64,000 nucleotides of DNA, from positions 64,001-128,000 of the forward strand of contig JBOEGD010000024.1 in the NCBI GenBank assembly GCA_050633245.1, written 5' to 3'. Below the pieces are notes generated by a model that was not told the origin of the DNA, made no database searches, and saw only the letters and a list, made by a program, of their open reading frames with translations. A program made the position numbers and the translations under genes. Position 1 is the first letter of the stretch; each line of letters starts with the position of its first letter. Source of the stretch: Calditrichia bacterium. GTDB taxonomy: Bacteria; Calditrichota; Calditrichia; RBG-13-44-9; J075. Positions 49,259 to 59,155 of this stretch are shown here, piece by piece.

Positions 49259-50083
49259 ATGAGACGATTTAGCTTTCTCTCTGTGGTGTTTTGTCTCTTC
49301 GCATTCCATATAGCAGCAGGACAAGAAAATTCTTCCAGCCTGCACATTACCTACCTCGCCAATGAAGGCGTTTATCTGGAATCCGGAGAAACATCGATTG
49401 TTATTGATGGCCTTTTTCGCGATGGTGTTAGTAGTTACATGACGCTTCCTCCAGAGCTGCTTGAAAGGCTTGAGACCGCAACAGGTCGTTTTGCCGATAC
49501 AGATTTAGTTTTAGTTACGCATCTTCACCCCGATCATTATGATGCGGCCTCGGTGTTTCGGCATCTGAGCAATAATTCGAAGGCCAACCTGGTTGCAGGT
49601 TCGGACGTGGTAGATTTGTTGAAAACCGAATCTGGTGATGGACTCAAGTCGAATCTGGATCGTGTTCATGCCATCGAGTTGGACTGGAAACAGGATAGCA
49701 GCTTCACTGTGGCTGGTGTGCAGCTGACGGCACTGCGAACGCGACATGGCTGGTGGAAGAACTATGGTCTGGATCATTTTGGTTATGTAATTGAACTAAA
49801 CGGTATGCGTGTATTGCATTTGGGTGATCTTGAAATGACAGAGGAAAATTTGTCTCAGTTTACCGAACAGTTAGCCGTAGACGTTGCGATTTTGCCGCAC
49901 TGGTTATTGACATACGACAACGGGATAGAATTGATGAACCAGTATATTAAGACCAGAAACATCATTGCGGTGCACATCGAACCGGCAAAGCTCGAAGAAA
50001 TTACCAAAAATGTGCACAAGACCTTTCCTCATGCGATAATTGCCGGAAAAGCATTGCAAAAAGCTTCATTTACAAAACCGTAA
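49259..50083 (+). CDS. secreted MBL-fold metallo-hydrolase
   Basis: Signal peptide; THLHPDH, HLGD. Confidence 0.85.
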   Translation: MRRFSFLSVVFCLFAFHIAAGQENSSSLHITYLANEGVYLESGETSIVIDGLFRDGVSSYMTLPPELLERLETATGRFADTDLVLVTHLHPDHYDAASVFRHLSNNSKANLVAGSDVVDLLKTESGDGLKSNLDRVHAIELDWKQDSSFTVAGVQLTALRTRHGWWKNYGLDHFGYVIELNGMRVLHLGDLEMTEENLSQFTEQLAVDVAILPHWLLTYDNGIELMNQYIKTRNIIAVHIEPAKLEEITKNVHKTFPHAIIAGKALQKASFTKP

Positions 50084-50149
50084 CAGTATCGAACTTTAAT
50101 GGCGCATCTGCGTATCTTTATATAGACACATTGGCTACTGGAGATTGCT

Positions 50150-50437
50150 ATGATCTACCTTAAAATAAATGCGGCTCTGCGCAAATGGTTAAGTGCAATT
50201 TGTTGCTGGTTGGACGACTTTTTCAATCGTTCCGACTCATCCCGCCCCATGCAGATGATTGAAATACGCCGTGATGGAAAAAAAACGGTGCGCAACGTAA
50301 AACAGGAACCGGAAAACCGTTTGTTAAAGCTGGTCTTTCTGTGGACGCTGTTTTTCCTGTTTCTGCTGGCGGCCTTTAATATTGCGAACGCGAATACGTT
50401 TCGAACACCAGCGCTATCCGGGATGTCCGTTCACTAG
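50150..50437 (+). CDS. small membrane protein
   Basis: GGAG RBS, C-terminal TM helix, followed by a terminator. Confidence 0.5.
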   Translation: MIYLKINAALRKWLSAICCWLDDFFNRSDSSRPMQMIEIRRDGKKTVRNVKQEPENRLLKLVFLWTLFFLFLLAAFNIANANTFRTPALSGMSVH

Positions 50438-50460
50438 GATTTTGTTTTAAAATCAGTCCT

Positions 50461-50494
50461 GCAAACCGGCTAACCTCCGGTTTGCTTTATATTT
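50461..50494 (+). terminator. intrinsic terminator
   Basis: GCAAACCGG-ctaacct-CCGGTTTGC followed by a T-rich tail. Confidence 0.65.
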
Positions 50495-50629
50495 ATCCCC
50501 CCAAACTTTGATTCAGCGCACAGAATTTATTCATAATAATGCGACTTTATGCTCGCACCCCTTACTTTTTATCATTGAATTCCAGCCTTAACGCATTTAT
50601 TGACATCAACTTTCACCCGGAGAGGGATT

Positions 50630-51403
50630 ATGAAGGCAGACTTTAATCAGTTGCTCTTGGCAGCTATTGTCCTGCAATTATTGGGGTATTTGATTTTTAG
50701 TTGGCTTAAAGCCAAGAAGAATGAACAGCGGTTCGCGGAATTGCACAAGCTGAACCAGGATCAACATACGCAGCTCGATCGTTTAAATGAGACCGTTGCG
50801 CAACAACAGCAGCATCTGGCCAATTTCAATGAAACAGCCGTGTTGCAGCAAAAAACCATGCAGGCGATCAGCGATAGCGCGGCGACTCAGCAGACGAATC
50901 TCGAATCGCTAAGTGAAGCCGCAATCACGCAGCAGCGCAATCTGTCTGCTATGGAAAAACGCATCGTAGAGATCGAAAAAGCAGGTGATCTATACAAGAG
51001 CCTTTTTGATGAAATTCCTTCTGCAATAAGCAAATACCGTGAATACATGTCGCGTGTCCGCGATAAATCGTTGGCCGAATTACAGCGTTCAGCATCATCT
51101 ATGGACGATAAGCTGCGTACGTATAAGGAAAAGGAGCTTGAGAGTATCGAGACGCGTGAGCGCCTGATGGCTGAGTTGCCGCAGCTGATGGTCCGACTGC
51201 ATGACATTCTCGACCCGGTGAATGAACGGCTGAAGCTATTCTCTGACCGCGATAAATATCCCACAGGTTCACTGCTGTCGGTATCGGCACGACGCGGCAA
51301 GTCGTTGCTGGCTGCTATTGGTGAGCAGTCTGTCTTTACTTCTGAGCGTTATGGTGAAGCGCAGCGTAATGGTAAGGTAGAGGAAGCGTTAGTCGAGGAG
51401 TAA
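50630..51403 (+). CDS. membrane-anchored coiled-coil protein
   Basis: N-terminal TM helix; 14-residue QQ-containing repeats. Confidence 0.7.
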   Translation: MKADFNQLLLAAIVLQLLGYLIFSWLKAKKNEQRFAELHKLNQDQHTQLDRLNETVAQQQQHLANFNETAVLQQKTMQAISDSAATQQTNLESLSEAAITQQRNLSAMEKRIVEIEKAGDLYKSLFDEIPSAISKYREYMSRVRDKSLAELQRSASSMDDKLRTYKEKELESIETRERLMAELPQLMVRLHDILDPVNERLKLFSDRDKYPTGSLLSVSARRGKSLLAAIGEQSVFTSERYGEAQRNGKVEEALVEE

Positions 51404-51669
51404 AAGAACCAGCAAATCCCACGTTTAATTCATATCAATTTTCCGAATCGAGCCCGGCACTCAGGGTGTCAGGCTTCACACGTCGACCTGCGTACCTGAA
51501 CTTCAAATAGCTTTTTGAGGAGCATTTTCTTTCAAGTCTCAGGTATAATGCATATACTAATTTATACCCACCCCATTTGACAAAAACAACCCACTCAATG
51601 TAGGTGCTTTCGTGCGCTTTTTTGCTCTGTGATAATATGATAACCTTAAAATCAGGTGAGGATTAGCAT

Positions 51670-51918
51670 ATGAAGGAATATCTTGTATTTAAGAAATTCA
51701 TTACTCCGATTGCGTTACAAGTTTTGTTTTGGGGCGGTATGGGTGGCGTATTCTATGGAACCTGGTGGCTCTACACTCACGGCAATTGGGCATGGATTAT
51801 GTCGCTTGTCTTCGGTTCTTTAGTTACAAGACTCATTTTTGAAAATCTAATTATTAGATATCAATCCCATTTGCTGCTTAAGGAAATCAGAGACAACTTA
51901 GTTAAAGGGAAACCGTAG
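51670..51918 (+). CDS. small membrane protein (DUF4282-like)
   Basis: FKKFITPIALQVLFW..RLIFE pattern; GAGGA RBS. Confidence 0.65.
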   Translation: MKEYLVFKKFITPIALQVLFWGGMGGVFYGTWWLYTHGNWAWIMSLVFGSLVTRLIFENLIIRYQSHLLLKEIRDNLVKGKP

Positions 51919-52068
51919 CATTCTGGAAAGAGAGATGTGTTCCATAGGTGCAGTCGATGAGCCATCCCCTGCACTGGAAATGGTATCGGCCTTGTCATTA
52001 GAAGAGGGGGGTGATGTCTTGTTTAGTAATTTAAATTGGGTGAATTCTTTTGCTCATCGGGAAGGCAT

Positions 52069-54165
52069 ATGAAACAAGTGATGCAGTTTCTAATCCTCTG
52101 GCTGTGCCTGTTACCACTTCCAGACTTATTTGCACAAACCATCGATAGTACTACTTTTCTGGATGATAGCCTGTACAATGAAGATAATTTTATCAACCTG
52201 CACCACAATTGGCGGTTTCATGCGGGAGATAATATGGCTTGGGCAAACCCTGCTTTTGATGACGGAGATTGGGAACAAGTCGCTGCGACCGGTTTACTCT
52301 CTACACAGTTGCCCAAAAACGGCTGGAATGGAATTGGTTGGTTTCGCCTTCGTCTTGAAGTCGATTCGTCATTGCGAGGCGTTCCGCTTGCACTGCTGTA
52401 TCGGCAAACTGGTGCGGCTGAGATTTATCTGAACGGCAAGTTGATTCATTCTGTTGGGCGTGTTTCCACTACCCAAGAGAACGAAGAGTCACTTCTCGCT
52501 ACCGAAATCCAGCGACCGTTAAGAATTGTGTTTGATGATAAAACGAATCACCTCCTGGCTATTCGCTATTCCAATTTTCGCAGTGAAACAATTTTTAGAG
52601 AGGGGTTCCCGGCAGGGTTTGAAGTATCGATTGGGGAGTGGCAGTCTGCTTTTACCTATTTGTCTTCGAGAATTAGAATCTGGACGATAAACCAGATGTT
52701 TTTTTCCGGTTTAGCATTAGCATTTTCGCTGTTGTATTTACTATTGTTCTACTTCTATCCCAACATTAGAGCCAACTTGTATTATGCAATATTCACGGGT
52801 AGTGTAGCGATGTTTACCTACCTTGCATTCGAATTGTCCTTCATTTCGAATCCTGATTCCTATCTTTTAAAGCTACAGTTGGTTAAAATTGCTCTGATGT
52901 TGTTTATGATCTCCGGATTACGGTTTTTATACGAGCTTTATTACCCATACCCGCCCCCTCAGTTTCGCATTCTTGTTGTTGGTGCGATGATCGTTTGTAT
53001 TGGTGTTTTATATGTCCAGTTAGCATATGCGTATCTTTACTCAATTCTGATATCGGTAGAAATGTTGCGGGTTGCAATCTACGCAATTTACCGAAAGCAA
53101 GAGGGTGCCTGGATAATTGGAGTTGGATTTTTACTTTTTGTCTGCGCTTGCATCTATCAGATACTGATGTCAATTGATATATTGAGCGCTTTAAGCGACT
53201 GGTTTGAAGTAATCTTTTTGTATGGACTTGCCGGACTTCTTGTCTCGATGTCTGTGTATCTGGCGAGAGTTTTTGCCCGGACAAACAAAGATCTGGAAGA
53301 CTCCAATAGGACGCTGGAACAAAAAGTCATAATCCGCACGGAGGAATTGAATAGTAGAAACACTGAGCTTGAAGAAACCCTGAAGCAGCTTGCTCAGACT
53401 CAGAATCAACTCATCCTGCAGGCAAAGATGGCCTCTTTGGGAAATCTTGTAGCAGGTGTTACCCATGAGCTGAATACGCCGTTGGGCGCAATCAAGAGTA
53501 TGAATGACACATTAGGCCGGGCAATGTTGAAATTACAGAGGGTACTTGGTCTTACTATTTCTGCGGACAGTGAAGACCAGCAGAAAATTCAGTCAATTTT
53601 TACCGTATTAGGTAAGATTAACCGAGAGATGACGACTGGTGTAGAGCGGGTAGCGTCTGTGGTGAGCAATCTAAAAGATTTTGCCCGACTGGACGAAGCA
53701 AAGTATCAAGTAACCGACATTCACGAGAGTATTGAAACTGCTCTGACTCTGCTTGCAACTCAGGTTGGGGATAATATTACGATTATTAGGGACTATGATG
53801 CGGATCTACAGCCTATTAACTGTTCAGCAGGGCAGATAAACCAACTATTTATGCACCTGATAAAGAATGCTTTACAGGCAATAGAGGGTGTTGGAGAAGT
53901 TCGAATCCACACTCATCAAAATCGCGAAGCCGTGTCCATAAAAATTAGTGACAGTGGCAGAGGAATTGAACCGAAGCAGCTTGAGCAGGTTTTTGACTTC
54001 AACTTTAACTCGAGTGACTCAAGGGTGAAGATGGGGTTTGGTTTACCCACAGCATATCAAATTGTTAAAGACCATAAGGGTGAGATTCACATTGATAGCG
54101 AACCGGGAAAAGGCACTGATGTTATGGTTACTCTGAGGGATTCTCTAATGCAGGAGCCGGCTTAA
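52069..54165 (+). CDS. sensor histidine kinase with extracellular sugar-binding-like domain and multi-TM region
   Basis: WRFHAGD..GIGWFRL; ~7 TM; AGVTHELNTPLG H-box, NALQA, DSGRGI. Confidence 0.9.
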   Translation: MKQVMQFLILWLCLLPLPDLFAQTIDSTTFLDDSLYNEDNFINLHHNWRFHAGDNMAWANPAFDDGDWEQVAATGLLSTQLPKNGWNGIGWFRLRLEVDSSLRGVPLALLYRQTGAAEIYLNGKLIHSVGRVSTTQENEESLLATEIQRPLRIVFDDKTNHLLAIRYSNFRSETIFREGFPAGFEVSIGEWQSAFTYLSSRIRIWTINQMFFSGLALAFSLLYLLLFYFYPNIRANLYYAIFTGSVAMFTYLAFELSFISNPDSYLLKLQLVKIALMLFMISGLRFLYELYYPYPPPQFRILVVGAMIVCIGVLYVQLAYAYLYSILISVEMLRVAIYAIYRKQEGAWIIGVGFLLFVCACIYQILMSIDILSALSDWFEVIFLYGLAGLLVSMSVYLARVFARTNKDLEDSNRTLEQKVIIRTEELNSRNTELEETLKQLAQTQNQLILQAKMASLGNLVAGVTHELNTPLGAIKSMNDTLGRAMLKLQRVLGLTISADSEDQQKIQSIFTVLGKINREMTTGVERVASVVSNLKDFARLDEAKYQVTDIHESIETALTLLATQVGDNITIIRDYDADLQPINCSAGQINQLFMHLIKNALQAIEGVGEVRIHTHQNREAVSIKISDSGRGIEPKQLEQVFDFNFNSSDSRVKMGFGLPTAYQIVKDHKGEIHIDSEPGKGTDVMVTLRDSLMQEPA

Positions 54166-54245
54166 ACAGACGTGAATAGCGGATAAATAAATATCTTTTG
54201 GGGTGTTTTTAGGACAGTCGACTTATCTAACGGGAATTGTGAAAG

Positions 54246-55655
54246 ATGAACATATACTTGCAAATTTTCTTTAGTACGCTATGTGCTGCATATGGTGTGA
54301 TTCACGCTATTTTATTTTTTTTTAACCGCCAGTTAAAAAGTCATCTCTATTTTGCACTGTGCTCATTTTTTTATGCAATTAGTGTCTTTTTTGACTTTCA
54401 GGAAGCCCTGACTACCGACCCTGCAGATAAACTGTTTTATCTGAGAATACATCGGGCTAGTATGGCGCCGGTTCTGATTTTTGCTCTCCTGTATAATTAC
54501 TCTTTCCTGAGTATTCAACTTCCAAAACAATTTTGGGTAGTCGCGCTACTGCTGATAGCTGCATCAACTGTTGCGGTATTTGAACCGCGCGGCAATTTTA
54601 TTTATTTGCAGCTGGTCATGATTGTCGTATTAATTGAAATATTCAGAGTAATTCGTTTTGGGATTAAGAGCAATATTTCCGGCGCATGGATATTTGCAAT
54701 CGGCTTTTTCTTTCTTTGTTTTTTTGTTTCTTATGATTTATTAGTCGATCTGGGACTGATAAATATGTTCTACAGCTTCCATTACGGCTCTACCGTAGGC
54801 TTTGTCGGCCTGATCATTTCCATGTCGGTATATTTGGCTCAAGACTTTGCGAAGACAAATAAACGCATATTAGAAGAGCAGCGCCATTCTGCCAGCATTG
54901 AACTGAAGCAGCGCGTACTTGAAGTAGAGGATGCACGAAAATCGCAAGAGCTTGATGAAGCCCGTAAGCTACAGCTTTCCATGTTGCCTCTTTGCATTGA
55001 TGAAGTGGAAGGGTTCGATATTTGTTTTGAGATGAATCCTGCCACAGAGGTCGGTGGCGATTACTATGACTATCGTGTTACAGACGATGGTACATTGACC
55101 TTGGTCGTTGGAGATGCCACCGGGCATGGGATGAAAGCAGGCATTATGGTCTCGGTTATGAAAAGCTTGTTCATAGCGCTTGATAGTCAGGATGATATCC
55201 CTACCTTTTTTCAAAGATGCTCTCGCATCATCAAGCGAATGAATCTGGGGAATTTATATATGGCTCTCATGGTTGTTCGGATCAAAGACGGCAACTTAAT
55301 CTGTTCGTCAGCGGGCATGCCGCCTCTTTGGATATATAGAGCTTTAACAGATACGGTGGAAGAATTTGTTATTAAAGGTATGCCTTTGGGGGCATTCGAT
55401 TCATTCTCTTATAAAATAATCGAAACAGAATTAGCCTCCGGAGATGTGGTGCTATTAATGTCTGACGGCTTATCTGAAATGTTCAATAAAAGAAATGAGA
55501 TGCTTGATGATCCGCGAATTATGCAGGCATTTAAAGAAGCTGCCAAGATGCCTGCCGATCAGATAGCTCAGAGGTTGATTTCAACCGGAGAAAGCTGGAG
55601 GGATGGGCGAAGTCAGGAAGATGACGTTACAATTGGTGTCTTAAGGATAAACTAA
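54246..55655 (+). CDS. multi-TM SpoIIE/PP2C phosphatase
   Basis: ARKLQLSMLP, EVGGDYYD, GDATGHG, SDGLSE, EDDVT. Confidence 0.9.
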   Translation: MNIYLQIFFSTLCAAYGVIHAILFFFNRQLKSHLYFALCSFFYAISVFFDFQEALTTDPADKLFYLRIHRASMAPVLIFALLYNYSFLSIQLPKQFWVVALLLIAASTVAVFEPRGNFIYLQLVMIVVLIEIFRVIRFGIKSNISGAWIFAIGFFFLCFFVSYDLLVDLGLINMFYSFHYGSTVGFVGLIISMSVYLAQDFAKTNKRILEEQRHSASIELKQRVLEVEDARKSQELDEARKLQLSMLPLCIDEVEGFDICFEMNPATEVGGDYYDYRVTDDGTLTLVVGDATGHGMKAGIMVSVMKSLFIALDSQDDIPTFFQRCSRIIKRMNLGNLYMALMVVRIKDGNLICSSAGMPPLWIYRALTDTVEEFVIKGMPLGAFDSFSYKIIETELASGDVVLLMSDGLSEMFNKRNEMLDDPRIMQAFKEAAKMPADQIAQRLISTGESWRDGRSQEDDVTIGVLRIN

Positions 55656-55706
55656 AGAGGTTTTACAAGTGCTTTTTTAAAATTACCAGGTTTGCAGGAG
55701 AACCAA

Positions 55707-56228
55707 ATGAGATCTCAATTTACTCTTAAAGTAGCAATGTATGGGTTGTTTTACTTATGTACTTGCGGAATTGCCCAGGATTCAACGTTGATCAATTTTA
55801 AGCTAAAGGACCAGTTTGATAAGAAATATACAAAGGCAACCTGGGAAGGCCAGATACTGGTCATAATTGGCAGTGATAGAGAAGGCAGCAAATATAGCAG
55901 CTCCTGGGGCAGTGCCATTTCCGATTCCATGTCAGGTGATCCCAACTATAGTAACATACAAATAGCTGGGCTGTCGGACCTTCGAGGGGTGCCGTTTTTT
56001 CTAAAAAGCTATGTCCGCGGAAAATTTCCCAAGGAGAAACATCAGTGGGTACTAATGGACTGGAAGGGTCTTTTTCCCAAAACCTACCAATTTAGGGAGA
56101 AACTGAGTAATATTCTCATTTTTGGAACAGATGGGAGACTCATTTATCAGACATCAGTAGCTGAAATGGATCTTTCAAAATTGAAAATGATAGTCAGTAT
56201 ACTTACAAATGAACTTAACCATAAATGA
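55707..56228 (+). CDS. secreted thioredoxin-like-fold hypothetical protein
   Basis: Signal peptide; FKLKDQFD..VLMDW..ILIFGTDG pattern; no redox Cys motif. Confidence 0.6.
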   Translation: MRSQFTLKVAMYGLFYLCTCGIAQDSTLINFKLKDQFDKKYTKATWEGQILVIIGSDREGSKYSSSWGSAISDSMSGDPNYSNIQIAGLSDLRGVPFFLKSYVRGKFPKEKHQWVLMDWKGLFPKTYQFREKLSNILIFGTDGRLIYQTSVAEMDLSKLKMIVSILTNELNHK

Positions 56229-56373
56229 TGCGAATTTCTTTGGCTTTTCCTGGTTCAATTGCCTTTGCCTAAATATGGTCTTGATAAATATTTCTTTTCT
56301 GCACAACCAAAAAGCCGTAGTTTTCTACGGCTTTTTTCTTTTAGAACATACTTTAACAAATGAGGAATACATT

Positions 56374-57138
56374 ATGCAACGTTTATCGCTGCTCCTTGCC
56401 ACCCTGGTATTAATGTTTGGGATTACGACAGTCTCGGCCCAGGATAACAAGAACCCGGCAATGGAAGGTTTTAACGCTGAAGGATCGGACGCCAAGGCAA
56501 TTGCAATTGCCGATGAGGTTGTCGCCGCACATGGTGGCCGCGCCAATTGGGACAATACCCGTTATGTCAGCTGGAAGTTTATGGGCGGGCGCATGCACGT
56601 TTGGGACAAATGGACCGGCAACATTCGTGTAGAAGGAAAGACTACTACAGTTTTAATGAATTTGCATACCATGAAAGGCAAGGCCTGGAAACAGGGCGAA
56701 GAAGTTGTGCAGCCAGACTCGCTGGAAAAGCTAATGAAGTGGGGAGAGGCCGTTTGGATTAACGACGGTTACTGGATGTTTCTACCGTTCAAGCTAAAGG
56801 ATTCTGGTGTAACGCTGAAATATCATGCCGAAGGTACAACTGCCGATGGACGAAAAGCAGACGTGCTGCAGTTGACCTTTGAAGAGGTTGGCAGAACCCC
56901 TGAAAACAAATATCTGGTCTATGTGGATGCCGAGACGCGCCTGCTGACACAGTGGGATTTCTACACCAAATTCGATGACCCGGAGCCGCGATTTACAACG
57001 CCTTGGGCAAACTGGCAGCCGTATGGTAAAATCCTTTTATCTGCAGATCGCGGTAAATACCAACACAGCAATATAAAAGTGTTCGATACGCTTCCGGAGA
57101 GTGTTTTTACAACGCCGGATGCCGTTACGCTCCCTTAA
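56374..57138 (+). CDS. secreted hypothetical protein (LolA-like/DUF6503-like)
   Basis: GAGGA RBS, signal peptide, AHGGRANW, WINDGYWMFLPFKLKDSGV. Confidence 0.7.
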   Translation: MQRLSLLLATLVLMFGITTVSAQDNKNPAMEGFNAEGSDAKAIAIADEVVAAHGGRANWDNTRYVSWKFMGGRMHVWDKWTGNIRVEGKTTTVLMNLHTMKGKAWKQGEEVVQPDSLEKLMKWGEAVWINDGYWMFLPFKLKDSGVTLKYHAEGTTADGRKADVLQLTFEEVGRTPENKYLVYVDAETRLLTQWDFYTKFDDPEPRFTTPWANWQPYGKILLSADRGKYQHSNIKVFDTLPESVFTTPDAVTLP

Positions 57139-57151
57139 GTTATCTCTTTTG

Positions 57152-57187
57152 CGATATCCCGGCGCACTGCGTCGGGATATCGGTTTA
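57152..57187 (+). terminator. intrinsic terminator
   Basis: CGATATCCCG...CGGGATATCG inverted repeat. Confidence 0.65.
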
Positions 57188-57323
57188 TGTGTGCAAATAT
57201 TTTACACTGCTACCTGTTTTAGCTGTAAAAAGTCTTAACACTCTCCCTCTTCTGACACCTATCTGGTTTACAATACTTACGCAAATAGTCGAGAAATCGA
57301 CACGTTGACGCATTTTTCGTGTT

Positions 57324-57339
57324 TGGTACGCATATTGCA
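57324..57339 (+). promoter_or_regulatory. sigma54 (-24/-12) promoter
   Basis: TGGTAC-GCATA-TTGCA with exact GG-N10-GC spacing. Confidence 0.6.
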
Positions 57340-57480
57340 AAATAAAAGGCGTGTCATTGCCGGGAAGCTAGCAGGCTTCCACCCGAATTACGTTTTTCAA
57401 TTGCAAGAATGGATTCTTGAGTTCATACGGCAGACGGAGCTAGTGCAGTAGTTAAAATGTAATGTGGAGAGCCCGCTAAT

Positions 57481-57999
57481 ATGCGATTTATAACGCTATT
57501 TCTGATGATGTTTTTGGCCATCGCAACCTTTCTGATGTATTCAATTGTAACCGGAAGAGAAGCGGTGATGGAGAAGCCGGAAACGCTAACGCTCGTTAAG
57601 AACGTGCAATACACGCCTGAATCACCTCCAGGCCCTGTGGCAGAAGAAGTAGAATTCCGAGGAGTTCGGAAGGAAGTTAGACGAGAGGATCTGAAAACAT
57701 TCTTTATTGGCGTTACCGGTTATGGTGATGTAGAAAAGCTAATTACCATGGACATTGACGTGAACAGAGGAATACCGGATTCGCTTGAGAATACCATCGA
57801 GTTTTATTATGTTCTCAACACAAAACGCTTTCGTGAAGAGGGTTATGGAATTGTGTTTACAGACATCGACTCGGTGGCTTTTATAGAAAAAACTACCGGA
57901 AAGACGATTTTCGGTAAACTGTATCGCGAGGGAGAAGAACTCGTGTTTGAATCAAACAATCAGGATTCCAATCTGATGTGGAAAATGAAGGAGAAGTAG
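57481..57999 (+). CDS. membrane-anchored hypothetical protein
   Basis: N-terminal TM helix; 1 nt gap to the next gene. Confidence 0.65.
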   Translation: MRFITLFLMMFLAIATFLMYSIVTGREAVMEKPETLTLVKNVQYTPESPPGPVAEEVEFRGVRKEVRREDLKTFFIGVTGYGDVEKLITMDIDVNRGIPDSLENTIEFYYVLNTKRFREEGYGIVFTDIDSVAFIEKTTGKTIFGKLYREGEELVFESNNQDSNLMWKMKEK

Positions 58000-58000
58000 T

Positions 58001-58858
58001 ATGAGGTATACCATTCTTATGTTGGCCGTGTTGGCATTTGCCGGATGTGCCGACAAGGAAAAACTGGCGGATGTTGAGATGCAAAACGCCGAGCTGAAAG
58101 TTCAGCTGGATTCTCTCACAACCGATATGAGCCTCAAGGAAGAGTATGTAAAAGAGTTTACGCAGACGATTAACGAGGTTTACGATAACCTTGAGAATAT
58201 TCGTAAGCGTGAAAATCTTATTACAAAGTATTCAAAGGATATTGAAAAGCAGGACAATACTAAGCCGCGTGAGCGAATGCTTGCTAATATTAAGAGTATA
58301 GACGACATGTTGCAAAAGAGTAAGAAGCAGATCAGAACGCTGAAGAGCAAGAGCTACTCCGCAGGGAAAAGCTCCGTTGCGCTTCAGGAAACCGTTGATC
58401 GCCTGCAGAAGACTCTTGAAGAGAAAGAGCAGTATATCGCCGAGATCAAGCTGGAAATTGACGATCTGAACAATCGTGTTGCTCAGGTTGAAGAAGAACT
58501 GCTTACCAAAAATGCCATGCTCGAGCAGCAATCTGAAGTTCTTAACAAAGCGTTCTATATTGTTGGAACAGAAGACGAACTGAAAGAAAAGGGTATTATT
58601 AAAGAAGAAGGTGGTCTTTTTGGTCTGCGCAAGGCAAAGAAGGTTGCTGAAAACTTTCCATCCGATGAATTTGTTTCTGCAGATAAGATCAACACAAATA
58701 TTATTCCGATCTCTGCTTCCAGCGTTAAGCTGATCTCACCGCACAACACCGACTCATATCATCTGGTGAAGCGCGAAGACAACAGCACACATCTGGAAAT
58801 TATTGATGCAGATGAGTTCTGGAAGATTCAGTACTGTGTTATTATGACCAAAGGTTAA
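58001..58858 (+). CDS. coiled-coil lipoprotein (resembles Bacteroidetes Cbp1-like family)
   Basis: Lipobox FAGC, long coiled coil, LNKAFYIVGTEDELKEKGII..GG, C-terminal FWK. Confidence 0.75.
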   Translation: MRYTILMLAVLAFAGCADKEKLADVEMQNAELKVQLDSLTTDMSLKEEYVKEFTQTINEVYDNLENIRKRENLITKYSKDIEKQDNTKPRERMLANIKSIDDMLQKSKKQIRTLKSKSYSAGKSSVALQETVDRLQKTLEEKEQYIAEIKLEIDDLNNRVAQVEEELLTKNAMLEQQSEVLNKAFYIVGTEDELKEKGIIKEEGGLFGLRKAKKVAENFPSDEFVSADKINTNIIPISASSVKLISPHNTDSYHLVKREDNSTHLEIIDADEFWKIQYCVIMTKG

Positions 58859-58873
58859 CCCCCTTTGTGCCTC

Positions 58874-58906
58874 AGCGGAGCGGTTCTACCGCTCCGCTAT
58901 TTTTTT
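58874..58906 (+). terminator. intrinsic terminator
   Basis: AGCGGAGCGGT-TCT-ACCGCTCCGCT then ATTTTTTT. Confidence 0.8.
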
Positions 58907-58996
58907 CCTCTGCTTATAACATCCGAAATATTGCCGATCAACGTATGTATAACACCAGTGTTCATTCTAATCAACATCTTTACAAGGGAGTTACCG

Positions 58997-59155
58997 ATGA
59001 ATCGGTTTTCTCAATCAACTATTTCTAAAGCGAAGTATTATCGCGAAGTAATTAAGCGAGATCAATTCTGTGGTTTGAAAGGGATTTTTTGGGGAACGGC
59101 GCTTTCGCTGCCGCTTTGGGGGGCCTTACTGAGCCTGTTTAAATGGCTTTTATAG
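58997..59155 (+). CDS. small membrane protein, 52 aa
   Basis: GGGAG RBS before ATG 58997; C-terminal TM GIFWGTALSLPLWGALL. Confidence 0.5.
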   Translation: MNRFSQSTISKAKYYREVIKRDQFCGLKGIFWGTALSLPLWGALLSLFKWLL

